Positions 14,528 through 27,680 of a stretch of 64,000 bases of DNA are shown here, piece by piece. Below the pieces are notes generated by a model that did not search any database, was not told the DNA's origin, and saw only the letters and a program-made list of their open reading frames with translations. The number at the start of each line of letters is the position of its first letter. The first letter of the stretch is position 1. Source of the DNA: the human T2T-CHM13v2.0 reference genome, Homo sapiens. Location of the stretch: the NCBI RefSeq assembly GCF_009914755.1, contig NC_060928.1. One strand, given 5' to 3'. The translations under genes were made by a program, and so were the position numbers.

Positions 14528-15002
14528 TGTCTTAGTCCATTTTGTGTTGCTATAATAGAATACATGTGGCTGGGTAATTTACAAAGAAAAGAAGTTTAGA
14601 AACCTACAGAGTATTCTAAATACTTTGAATATTTAGCTTAGTGTTCTACAGGCTGGGAAGTTCAAGGTCATGGCCCTAGCTTTAGCAAGGGCTTTCGTGC
14701 TGCTTCATAACATGGTGGAGAATGTCAAAGAGGAAGCAGACACATGTGAAGGGCAAACCCTGAGGAGCATCCTCACTTTAGAACAATCCACTCTCATGGG
14801 AACTAATCCTTTCCTGTAAGAACTAATCCAGTCTCACCAGAGCAAGAACTCACTCATTCTTGTGAGAACAGCATCAAGCCATTTTTGTGAGAGCTGCTCT
14901 TATGACCAAAATACCTCCCACTTGGCCTATAACCCCAACAGCACCATATTGGAAATCAAGTTTCAAAGTGAGTTTTGATGGGGACAAATTCAAACCATAG
15001 CA
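14528..15002 (-). mobile_element. MST-family MaLR solo LTR (MSTB-like)
   Basis: tgtcttagtccattttgtgttgctataa ... ggggacaaattcaaaccatagca with a perfect 5-bp TSD cctca (14523-14527, 15003-15007). Confidence 0.88.
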
Positions 15003-15007
15003 CCTCA

Positions 15008-17420
15008 CCTTCAATAATGGATAGAACAACTGGACAGAAATATAACAAGCAAATAGAAAACGTAAGGAACTTTATAAAAAAACTAGATTTAACAGAAATC
15101 TATGGAATAATTAACCTAGAAGCAGCAGAATACAAATTGTTCCCCAATACACATGAAACATTCTCAGAGAAAGACTAGATTGTTAGGCATTTAAAAAGCC
15201 ATATTAAATGGAAAGTGTTAAATCACAGAAAGGTTATTTTCTGACCATAATTGAATTAAATTAAAATCAGTAATAGAAGTAAATTTTGGAAACTTAAAAT
15301 CTATGGAAATGATATGACACTCCTATTTAATCAATAGATTTTTTAAAAATTACAAAGGATATTATGAAATACTTTTATGAGTGAAAAGTACAACATGATA
15401 TACCTATAGGCTGCAGTTAAGGCAGGGGTTATAAAGGAATTTACAGCTGTAACAACCAACCTTAAGAAACTAGAAAAGGAGGAGTACACTAAACTCAAAA
15501 CAAGAAGAATGAAGGAAGTAAGTTAAAAAATGAAACAGAGCAAAGAAAAATAATAAAGACAACTGACAAAACTCAAAGTTTGTGTTTTGAACAGAAAAAA
15601 AATAGCCAACTTTTAGCTGAACTAACCAAGAAAAGAAAGAAGACTTAAATTATTAAAACCAAGAATGAAAGAGAGGACATCACTGTTGACTTTACTGAAA
15701 TTAAAGGGATTATAAATAAGATAAGGCTATAAACAATTGTATGCCAGTATAGTAAATAACCTAGACAAACGAAACAAATTCCTAGAAAGACACACTCCAA
15801 AACTGATTCAAGAAGAGATAAAGAATCTGAATGCAACTACAAGCAAAGAGAGTACATTAATTGAAAAAATAAAACTTCTCACAAATAAAAGTTCAGGCAC
15901 AGATGACTTCACTGGTGACTTCTACCAAATGTTTAAAGACTAATATAAATCCTTAACAAACTCATGCACAAAAACAGAGAAATACAACAGAAGGGAATAC
16001 TTTCCAACTCATTCCATGACACCAATTTCACCTGAATCCTTACACTGGAAAAAGACTTCACAAGAAATACAAACAACAACTAAAAACAAGTAGGCAATAT
16101 AAATATAGACACAAGCATCCACAACCAAATACTAATGAACTGGATTGCATAATATAAAAGGATTATAAAAAAGGATTATATAACGTGACCAAAAAGGATT
16201 TATCCCAGTAATGCAACAGGTTTAATGTATAAAAGTTCAATCAAGGTAATACATCATACGAATAGAACAAAAGGCAAACACAACATGGTCATCTCAATAG
16301 AGTCATAAACAATCATTTGGTAAAATTCAACACCCTTTTTATGATAGAAACACTCAGTAAACTAGGAATGTAAGGGAGCTTCTTCAACCTGATAATTGTA
16401 ATCTATAAAACGATAACATCTTACTTAATATGAAAGATTGAATGCATTACTATTAAAGTAAGGAATCATACAAAGATATCTGCTTTCATCATTTCTATTC
16501 AATGTTGTCCTGGTGGTGACAATATTGTCCTGGAGACATGAGCCACCATACCCAGCCCCAATTCAAACATGGGCAAATTCAAACAAGCCAATTCAAACAT
16601 GGGCAAAAGGTTTAAATAGACTTTCCTCCAAAGTAGATATACAAGTAATCTTTAAGCACATGAAAAGATGCTCAATATATTTAGTCATTAGTGAAATGTA
16701 AATCAAAACTTCAACGAGGTACCACTTCACACACACTAGGATGAATTTACTAGGCAACAAGTGCTGTTGCTGCTGTGGAAAAATTTGAATCCTCATGCAT
16801 GGCTGATGAGAATGTCAAGTGCACAACCGCTTTGGAAAATACATTGTCAGTTACTCAAAAAGCTAAATAAGCATTGCCATATGACCCAGAGATTCTGCCT
16901 CTAAGAACATAACCAAGAGAATTGAAAACATATGCCCAGGAAAAAATTTGACACAATTGTTCAAATCAGCATATTTATTATTTATAGTAATTGAAAGGTG
17001 GAATAAGCCAAATGTTTGTAGCTTATGAATGGTTAAACAAAATATGATATATACGAATGATAGAATAATATTTGACAATAAAAATAAATTAAGGACTAAT
17101 ACACTTTACAATGAGGAAGAACCTAGAAAATGTTATAAGTGAAAGAAAACAGCCATGTACAACACATATTGTGCAATTACATGGTAAATCTAGACTAGGC
17201 AAATTTATAGAGACAAAATAGATTAGTGGTTGCCAGTGGTTAGGAGAAGGAAAAAATGGACAGAGACTGCTTTTAAGTACAAGGTTTCTTTTTGGAGTAA
17301 AGAAAATGTCTAAAATTAGATGGTGATGATGGTTGCACAGCTCTGTGAATTGTACACTTTAAAAGAGTGCGTTTTCTAATATGTAAATGGTATCTCAATA
17401 AATTTATTAGAAAAAAAGAA
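15008..17420 (+). mobile_element. Old L1M (L1MB-like) ORF2 and 3'UTR with an internal deletion near 16535
   Basis: Decayed ORF2 peptide (NNLDKRNKFLE..GTDDFTGDFYQMFK); 3' end gatggtgatgatggttgcacagctctgtgaatt..aataaa. Confidence 0.85.
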
Positions 17421-18072
17421 GTTATAATCAAAGAACTGCTGACTCTGGGAAATGAAGAGGATTTGGAAAACAAAGCATATCTTAACTGCTTATGTGAATA
17501 TATTTTTCAAAGAGAAGAAAAAATAAAAAGACGAATTTACTCATTTTGATCAGGAAGAAATTTGAATCATAGTGATCCATATAAGACAGTGATTGAACTT
17601 TTCTTTCTTTGTTTTTTGATGCCCCTTTCTGTTTTATTTAAAGCTGTTTACACTAGGATTTTGTTCCTGCTAATGAGTATTTTGCTCATATTGATCCTTC
17701 TGAGGTGGTATTTTATTTGACATAATAAAGGCCTTATTTCAGCTATTCATGCTCCCAGGATTGTTGTAATGAAAGCTTGGAAGCCACGGCATGTTTTATC
17801 AGTCTCTTTTTTGCCCCTTTTCTTTGATATAATGTGAATTAGGCTTCTTAGCGAATTACCTGTACACATTCTTAGGCTACAAATTTTGGCATGTTCAAAT
17901 TTATCAAAGATTTAAAAATGAGGTTGTTGAATTTTAAAAATGCACACATTCAGTTTTAAAAACACAGACACAGTAAGTCTGAAGGAATTAAATCAGTGTG
18001 CAAAAGTTCATGAGCAATCATTTAAGTCTTGTGATTACATTTTTAAAATGTTTAAGTATTTAGAAATTTAAT

Positions 18073-18370
<298 letters not shown>

Positions 18371-18979
18371 GAAATTTAATATATTATAATGGGTGATGCA
18401 GTGCTTGAATGGAGATATTTTCTTCAGTTAAAAGCAGGAAAGTTAACATTTGGAATCTACTCGATGGTATACTTATATGATAAAGTAAATATCCATAAAA
18501 TTTATATCAAAATTCATATCAGGGAATAAATAAATTCATGTACATCAATGATTGCCAAGTTTTAATCTTTTTTATGCACTTAATATGATTAATGCTTCTA
18601 CTTGCCTTTGGTGAATATACATGATCCTCAAAATATTTGTTCTGTAGGAAGCTTAAAACACTTCTCTCCACAAGCAGGGATCATCTCTGCCTATCTGTTC
18701 CCCCTCTCTCCTATTCCAAACAAGATATCATTTGTTTATTCATTCCCTCATGTAATAATACTTCACGTATGTTGCTGCAATGGTTTCTGATCTTTTCTGG
18801 ATCATCATTGCTCTTGAAAAAAATAATGGAACTTACAGATATTTCTCCAAAAATAGAAAGTTTTGCATTCATGTACACATGTCTAAGCCCATATAGAGGT
18901 ACCCGGGTGCCTCCGTTTGTCCCTTATGTAGACCTAGGTTAAGAACTCTGACCTATTAACCTGGCAAACTTCTCCCCCT

Positions 18980-19740
18980 TTCTTGTTGCTCATATCTAAT
19001 ATTTAATAAACCAATAAAGTAAATTCTACCTCCAAATTCTCTTAAGTCCTCCCATTTCACTGCTGTTGAAATCATGTCTACATTATCTCATAACTTCTTA
19101 TTATCCTGACTTCTTATAATAACCTCCTGATTTTCTTGCCTCCTATCTCATTCTTTTCTCTTCCAGTCATTTTACATTTTGCTACCAATTTAAAGTTTAA
19201 ATGTGCATACCAGACAATATCACTGCACTTACAACTTCCAATGGCTGGTCATTGTTACGCCTACTAAGTAAAGACCAAAAACATATCAAGACTTTTTTAG
19301 TCTCCAGATGCATATTAATCTCCAGAATTTCACTTCTGCAAAGTTCATATTGAGGTCCTTAAGTCATTTTGCATATATGATGTCCTCTACCTAAAAGATC
19401 TTTCCCCAATTTCAGATTATAATTTTTTAACACCTTTCAAAAACAAGTCAAACCTCACCTCTCTTAAATGTCTCTTCCTCATTTTCCACAGGTTGCTTCT
19501 TCGCCCTCACTCTCTTCTCCTCCCAAAAAAGACAAGTCAGTTGCCCTTGTGTGTTTACAAAGAAATGGAAGCATTTGCATCTGCCAATTCAATTATTTAT
19601 TTACAGTCTTTTTTCATCATTGAACAATAAATTCTTCAAGAACAATGATCATGTGTATTTTTATCTTTGTGTCATCCTCTGTGCCTATCATAGTTCCTGT
19701 ATATGGCAGTTATAAAATACTAAATTGAATGAAGAATAAA
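18980..19740 (+). mobile_element. L2 3' fragments
   Basis: Pyrimidine-rich L2-like text ending ..atagttcctgtatatggcag..aattgaatgaagaataaa. Confidence 0.55.
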
Positions 19741-19744
19741 TATG

Positions 19745-20503
19745 CACAATACTCTTCTGACACTACTTGGAGTTAGTGCAGACTTCGTAAGGGCACAGTC
19801 CTTAATAAGATTCTCCTTTTTTTTTTAAGAGGTTATTAGGCCTTCAGACAAACTGCAAGCTCCAAAAATTTTAAAATACCTGCACTCCTGACCAATTGGC
19901 TACCAATCCAGGGTTCTCACTACCCTACGGATTCAGTAATTAACAAGAGCAAGTCACAGAATTCAGAAAAGTGCTATTTTTTTTATTATGCTTTTACTGT
20001 AAAGGATGCAAATTAGAACCACTTGAAAGAAGAAACGTATGGCATGAGATCTAAGAGAGCCCCAAACACGGAGCTTTTGTGTCCTTTCCTCATGGAATCA
20101 GGATGCATTGCTCTGCTGGCACATCAACGCCTTCACCACCCAGACAAGTCAAGGGAGCTTCAGTTTCCATTGCGTTTCTTGGCTTTTTTTTTTTTTTTTG
20201 TAGGTTTGATTGATGAAATAATTGACCAAGCCCTCATTTCCTCTCCAAATGTCAAGCTCATATCATCTTGCTCAAAGCTCCAACCCACTAATCATACACT
20301 TTGTCTTTCCGGCATAGCTAGCCCCCATCCTGAAACTACTGAGGGGCCCCTGACTCATTGTAGTAGCATAAACTGAAGCATATTTCTAGGCATCCACTAT
20401 CAATAACAAAGTCACTCTTATTACTGGAGAAATGCAAAAAGTTTAGAAGTTCCATTCTAGGGATGCTGAAAAAGGTAAGACAAATGTTTTATTTTGTAAT
20501 ATA
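19745..20503 (-). mobile_element. MER21C-like LTR
   Basis: ttggagttagtgcagacttc..agggcacagtcc and cacagaattcagaaaagtgctat match MER21C. Confidence 0.65.
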
Positions 20504-21509
20504 AAAATGTGGATATTTAAAATGCTAGATTTATTGTCACAGTAAATATTATTATGATTATTAAATTGATAATTTTGTATGTTAACATTTCCAAACCTAA
20601 AAGATAGCAGCCTCGATTTATTTCTAATGTCTTAAGTCAGGATTTTTATGGGGTAAATTTGCTTTGTCATACCTCCACAGATGCTGCACTATTTTCCGTT
20701 CCAAATTTTCAAAGATGTCTCCAAAATAATTCTATAAAACTATAAAAAACTAAATTATAGCATGATTTATAACAACCTATTAAAACTTGTATTTACTTTG
20801 GGCTTTTTGACACTCTAATTTCAAAATTAATATAATCCTGATAAAGACCTATCATTGTTCAAATGATCACAAACATGAGCAGTGATGTAGGAAATTAACA
20901 ATCTTAGCCTCCTGAAATTTACAATTGTGATTAAGTTTCAGACAAAAAAATGTCCTACTCATTTTTTTTTCTTTTAACACATCTTTATTAAACACCTACT
21001 TTGTGCTCAACACTGTTCTAAGCATTAAGCTCATCAACAAGCAAGACAGACAAAAATCACTGCCTTCACAAAAATTAGCATATAGTACAATTGAGCAGGC
21101 AATAAACAGAGGAAATATATAAAATATATAGCAATCCAGATTGTGTAGTGTTCTCAAGAAAAAAATATGGCAAAAAAGTGAGATAGAGAATATATTTAGG
21201 GTGGGATTTGCAATGTTAAAACAATGTGAAAATGAAAGCAGCCCAAAGAATGTGACCTTTGAGAGGATCTGAAGCTGGAGAAGAAGTGAACCTATTCATG
21301 TATCTTAAAGAAAATCATTCTAGGCAGAAGAGGATCAAGTGTAAATTACCTGGATGAAATGTATCTGGTTGTTGAAAAACAAAAAGTGAAACAAAACACC
21401 GAGAAAAACGTGTGTACAGAAAAGTGACTAAAGTATGAATAAATAAGGTCGGAGAGGTGTGATAAAATTTAATGGGGCCTTGTTGTTCACTGGGATAATA
21501 CTGTTTTAT

Positions 21510-21578
21510 CTCTTTCTTTCTTTTATTTCTTTCTTTCTTTCTTTCTTTTTCTTTTCTTTTCTTTTCTTTTCTTTTTTC
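21510..21578. repeat. (TTTC)n/(TTTTC)n simple repeat
   Basis: Directly visible. Confidence 0.9.
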
Positions 21579-21589
21579 CCTAAAATGAG

Positions 21590-22025
21590 TAGATGGTACA
21601 TCCATGAGCTCTGGGAAGGTGAAAATGAGTCCTACTGGTAATCAGTCTGCGTTTACTTATCATAACATCAACAAAGTTTCTAAAAGGACACAGCCAAGGC
21701 TACATCACAGCTACAACATACCTAATAGCTTTCCTTATTTGTGACTGCTGCTCCTTTAAAGCCTCACATTATTCTTGCCTTCTGAACAACTATACCAAGT
21801 TGCCTAATTGCTAACTGCCCTGCTTACTAACAATATATCTCCAAAACAGACTTTTGCTTTCCTAATTCTTCTTTAGAATCTTATAATAAGGTCCTCCCTT
21901 TAAGTCCTGTCTTATTGAGATTCCCTAGGTTTCCTCTGGTGTGAACTTTCTCTTGCTGCAACAAACTAGATAAACTTAATACTGACTAAAAATGTGTTAC
22001 TGGTGGGATTAGGCAGTATTGAACA
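21590..22025 (+). mobile_element. Old ERVL-type LTR (LTR40-like)
   Basis: 3' part ctggtgtgaactttctcttgctgcaac..ataaac..tgtgttactggtgg resembles LTR40; subfamily uncertain. Confidence 0.45.
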
Positions 22026-25000
22026 GAGAAGTTATATTATAATTTACATTTAACAGGATAATCCAGGCTATTGTGCTAAGAGTTGACTGGAGTAACATAG
22101 GCAGAAGAAGGCAAACCAATTAGAAAACTAATGCAATAATTCAGAGGAAAGATAATATGGCTTTGACTATAGTGCTAGTGCCAAAGAGTTGGGAAGTGGT
22201 TGGATAGCGGATAGATCTAAAGGCAGGGCTGGCAGCCTTTCCTAATGGATTGCTTATGAACATACAGAAAGAAGAGTCAAAGATGAGTCCAAAGAGTGAG
22301 CCTAAACTGCTAGAAGGACAATATTGCCACTTACTTGAGAAGAATGTAGGATAAGAAGGTTTAAAACTGAGTTCTGCTTTAATCTGACAAAGCATCTGGG
22401 TGAAGATATTAAGTAAGCAGTTAATATGTGAGTATAGAATTCAAAAGAAAGTTTGAGCTGGAAAGGTACATTTATGAGTTCTCCTAGTATAGATGATATT
22501 TAAAGCCATGAGACTGTCAGATGTCAATGAGGGAGTGACTGTATTTTTCTTGTATCAATATTTTCCAACATGATTTGCTGTGATTTTATAGCTCTAGTTA
22601 GATTGTATCTGTATACTATAGACGTTACAGTCTCTGTACGAGATATCTTACTGAGAATATCTAGAATTGTACTAATGTCATGAAATTACTTTTACACGTC
22701 CAAAGTATTAGTTTAGAATTTTTAAAAAGTCAACAACACAAAGTTCAATTTCAGAATAATTGCCACTTATTTTTCTCTTAGTATTTAACTGCATGAATTA
22801 TTGTGGCATTAACTGTTCAACCATCTATTACTAGGACTATAATTGAAAAAGTCTAGGATAGAAGAAAAATAAATTTAGTTTTTATATCTGATATTTTAAT
22901 CTAATGTTTTTGTTAACAAAGTAATCAACCACTTTTAATTGGTTATTTTATGGCATAATAGTATGATATAATTTTATCACTCCTAACTGCAGATATCTGT
23001 CACACTGTATTGATATTGACTGTGGTGAAAATAGTCTCTTTTTTGTTAGTTTTTCACTTTTTAATACAATTAGGTCCCATTTGGACTCATACCTTGCATA
23101 TAATTTTGATAAATGTGAATTGGAACCTAGTAGAAATTTGAATGCCAGTAATTTACCCTTGATACAAGTACTGACTATCTTTATTATGTTATTGATAGTC
23201 AAATATGCCCAACGTGCCTGATGATTTTGTTTGGTCATTTACTTAGTTTTATACTAATTTAAGGTTAAATGAAGTTTTTAAAAAATGATGTTTCTGTAAC
23301 TTGCAAAAATATTGATGTATCAAATTTTAAGATAAAAAACCAAACTGATATCTAAGGATTTGTTTGGCTGATAGTTTTCCATGGTTATGGGACTTATATA
23401 CAGATCTAATCATTATTTAAATCTTTTAGAAAGTAATTAAACTTCAAATTAATCATATGAAGAATATAATTATTATTCACGATATTTCTTGCATATAGTA
23501 GGGACTATTGTCATTTCTTATTTTACTCAAACCTCTTAATAATACAGGATATATAGCTATTTTTATTCAATTATTTAAAATAAAAAAAAAACTAAGTCTC
23601 ATGAAATGTAAGCAATTTGTTTAAGGTCAATCTACTCATAAATGGCCATAACCAAGATTAATCAAATTCAGCTCAATCAGAAGTTAATTTCCTTTACTTT
23701 TCTTGTTGGGGTCTGTTTTAACTTTAAAAGATTAGATAAATTGCAAACGGCTATATTCATAAACCCAATAGACCTATTATGAATTTTTTAAAATGTACGT
23801 TAAGAAAATTAAGAGTGACTTTTCACTGATTCGGTCAGGAGGCATCTCCTGAGTGACTACCCCATTTAGTTAGATGTTGCTAATATCAAATAACATAAGA
23901 CATTGTCCTTGGTCTTTAAAAAAGTACAATCTAAAAGGGAGAAACCTAGTAACTCAGCAATACAAAATGCGGTGCATGCAAATATGCATAAAATTCGACT
24001 TTGGAATCAGGAAATGAACAACTATGTTAAACTCCAAATAAGTAGGGAGATTCAGAAAATGCATGAGTCTATTAAATGTTCAGAAATAAATGGAAAATAG
24101 AAAACAGAATGAAATGGAAATTACATTCAGAAGAACAGCATGCATGAAGACATATTAGATGCATTAGGTGGAAGATCCCATTTGGGCATCTACAAGTAGT
24201 TGGCAAGGGCTGTGGCATGGATGACTCTAAGGAAGAGTGGGCCACGAGACTCAAGATATAGACATGGACCGGATGCTAAGCAAGGGGCTATAAATATCTC
24301 CTATGTACTTAAGTGTTGAAGAGTGAGAATACTCTATATTTTCAAAGTACAGTTTGTAAAAAGCTGACTCCAAAGCAAATCCTATGTGTGAGGAGCAGAA
24401 TCCTCAATGATTTATTGAGATGCTTCTCACTAAATTGTTCTGAAACTCTTGCCTATTGTTTCCAAACACCTTTATGAAGTAGTACGTATACTGGTGAAAG
24501 ATCATCCCAGTAAGATATATTTGGGTTGTTGGGGTTGCCCCAACTATGGATAAGATTTTGATTAATGATTAGATCCATATTCAGAATTACTACTAGTCCC
24601 TTTGTAGGTTTTGATAAAATTTCAGGAACAATAATTTTAAAATGAAACAGATTATTAGGTTTTTTTTTCAGTTGCTTTCTACATCATTTGTTTCTGGGAA
24701 GCCATGCTATAGGTTATATACATTTATAGATGTGGCTAGAGGGATAGGGAATGTCATGTGATTTTTTAAATAGAAAATCATATTATATTAAAGTTAGAGG
24801 ATTCATTGAAGTACATCTAAGCAAATAAACTTTTAAATAAAGAAATAGAGAGAAAAGAGATAAAGGGGAGCGCTCAAGATCACAAGGAATTTTATGAAAA
24901 CTCTAGGTCTGGGACATATATCTTCTCAGCTAAAGATAAATGGTTTTATGTTTCTTCCTACATGTTGGTTTGATTCCTCAGTATCATACCCTAGGTGTTG

Positions 25001-25779
25001 TTTTTCAGGAAATGAGTAGGATTTCAAAAGAGTAATTTGTCAAAGATGGCCACTGATGAGGAAGAATGTTATGCTACTGAAGGCAACAAGTTTGATGGTG
25101 TGTTCAGGTGCCTAGATTGTTATTATACTTGGTTTCAAAGTAGTCTTGAAAGATAGGTTAAAGATATAAAACAGTACAATATTTAATTGTTGCTTCTCTC
25201 AACTTTAGGACCATGCTAACAGTTTAGGAGGAGAGATTTTTGTACACATAGAGCTATTCTTTAATTAAATTTGCTAGTGTAATCTCAGAAGATTCTGAGC
25301 TGGTTTAGTTTGTACAAAATGTTGACTGGTAATCTAAACAAATGGGATATGTAAAATTTGCCTGGAGACATCACAAATTGGTTTGCTTTTCTCAAGATAG
25401 ATGGCATTTCATTTTCAGTTGTAAAAAAACTTCAGAAATATAATTGTATAAAAATGGTAACATAAATATTAAATCCCTATTGGAGTCCTAAAATTTTTGA
25501 AAAATAATGTGGATAACTCCTACTTAGTAAAGTATTTGCAACATTATATCTTACCCTGCCAAAGATAACTTCAAAATAATACTAAGTAAGCATCTTATAG
25601 GAACAGTTAAAAAGTATATTTTGCCTTCAAAAAAAAAAGGATCATTTTATTATGGCAGTCATTCTAACTTACTGACAATTAACAAATGTGGCCAGAGTGT
25701 CTTTTTTCTGTAAAAATTTTTTTCTGTAAAAATAAAAAACCTTTATATATGAATTTAATAATTGTTTTAAGATAATTTT

Positions 25780-26955
25780 TGTTAAAATATTAAAGTCTGT
25801 AAAGGTGTATTAAGTGACTTCACTGAGGGGGGATGGGGAAAAGGTACTAACCTAAGTAACTTCAAATATGATTGAAGTCAGTACTCTAGTTGATACAATG
25901 GCTTTTCAATTAGATATTGGTTAACAATTCTGAAACAATGATACATGTATACTGAAATTGAACTACCAAGTAAGTGGATGGTGAAGAGTGGGAGCTAGGT
26001 CTCTCACTGTTAGGTTGGGAGATTACAGAAAAACAAGGGGAGGTGGCTAAAATAATATATTTGGTTATGGATATAAATTCATGTTTAGCTTAATATAGAT
26101 TCCAATATTTACATAAATAACATTTATAGGTATGTGTATACACAGGTCAGTACACACACATATATTTTGTTGCTATGTCATCTGAGAGGGCCCAAAAGCA
26201 ATGACACTTCATAGTGATGAGCATACTTAGCTACAAGAATTGGTTTCTAATACCATTCTTGAGTAATAGGAATGAAGGCTCCTTAGGAAATCATTGATTT
26301 TAGGACTAAGGAAGGAAATACATGATGAACCTGCACCACCTTGTACTGCTAGAAGGTATGAGTGTTCTCAAAAATATCCACAGTTGAGTCCGTATTGATA
26401 CAAATAATGATTAAATAAGTAAGGGAGAAGAGATAAATGTCCGATATGGAAGAAGTACATATAAATTTCACATAGATATTCTGCTCTCAAGGAGAGAGAG
26501 CAGAACTCTATACTCCTTAAATGTAGCTTGTGTATATGACTTTCTTCCAAAGTTTTTACAGGGGAAAAAAAGTAACTTTGCAGTGTTGAAACTCCGCAAA
26601 CACTAAACAGGCAGGCGATCAAAGTCAATGACAACAGTGAACATCATTTTGATAGCATGGACCTTTGATATGATGCAATGAAAATGGCAATTTATCTCTG
26701 AGGGCTTCCTCCCCAAAACCTGTAACTGCAGTCTAATCATGAGAAATACATCAGAGAAATCCTAACTGGTGGTATTCTATGAACTGTCTTACCAGCATTC
26801 TTCAAGATGGCCTAAATAATAAAAAATAATGGAAATCTGAGAACGTGTTAGAGTTAGAGCAGCTCAAGGAAACATGACCATCAAATATTATTTAATATTA
26901 TGGATGGGACCCTGGAACAATAAAAATATATTAGAGGAAGGCTGAGGAAATCATA
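25780..26955 (+). mobile_element. L1MC/MD-type 3'UTR
   Basis: ggggaaaaggtactaacctaagtaac, gtttctaataccattct and ctgcagtctaatcatgagaaatacatcag. Confidence 0.7.
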
Positions 26956-27460
26956 TGTACATATGATTATATATGTAACTATGTATAGCTATGTGATTGT
27001 TAATTAAAGCCCATATTTAATATTAATATGTGGGCTTTAATATTTAATAAAACCCATATTTAATATTTAGTACATGGGCTTTAAATGATATTTAATATTT
27101 TGGCTTCAATTAATATATCATGTAACAACTATATATATATATTTGGGATATTGGTTATCAGTTCTGAAAACATTATACATGTGAAATTGAACTACTGAAT
27201 TTGAACTACCAAGTAAGTGGATGGTGGATAGTGGGAGCTATATATAGTAACTATATATACATGTATATAGTTACATGATATATTAATTAAGATGTCATGA
27301 TACATTAATTAAAGCCCATATTTAATATATATAACTATATACCTGTATATCGAGTTACATATTTAATTAAATAAATAATATTTAATTAATATTAACATAT
27401 GACCTTTAATCATATATATGTATCATATGTACAATTACACATGTAACATAACAATTAAAA
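26955..27460. repeat. AT-rich low-complexity patchwork of short direct and inverted repeats
   Basis: Recurrent aaagcccatatttaatat and its reverse complement; TA runs. Confidence 0.85.
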
Positions 27461-27461
27461 T

Positions 27462-27680
27462 GATGCAGCTGGAAGTCAAGGAAAGCCAAGGATTGCCAGC
27501 AACCTTCAGAAGCTAGAAGAGGCAAGGAAGGATTCTTCCCTAGAATCTCCTGTAGAGGCATGGCCGTGCCTGGATTTCAGAATTCTACATTTCAGAACTA
27601 TAAAATAAAATAAATTTCTGTGGTTTTAAAATACTCAGTTTGTTGTACTTTGTTATGGCAACCCTAGAAAGTTAGTATAG
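27462..27680 (+). mobile_element. MLT1 (MLT1C-like) LTR, 3' half
   Basis: gccaaggattgccagcaacc..agaagctagaagaggcaaggaaggattct..ttgttatggcaaccctagaaa. Confidence 0.85.

Larger units (their letters stand above)
20975..22540 (-). mobile_element. L2 element, interrupted by a (TTTC)n tract and an LTR at ~21510-22025
   Basis: tttattaaacacctactttgtgctcaacactgttcta and gaagagtcaaagatga..; tagatgatatttaaagccatgagactg. Confidence 0.7.

Noticed and set aside
23836-23852. Hairpin tcaggag-gcat-ctcctga
   Set aside because: A 7-bp stem is expected by chance in 64 kb.
25009-25110. Possible exon (ttttcag| ... MATDEEECY ... cag|gtgcct)
   Set aside because: Weak donor, unrecognised peptide and no partner exons.
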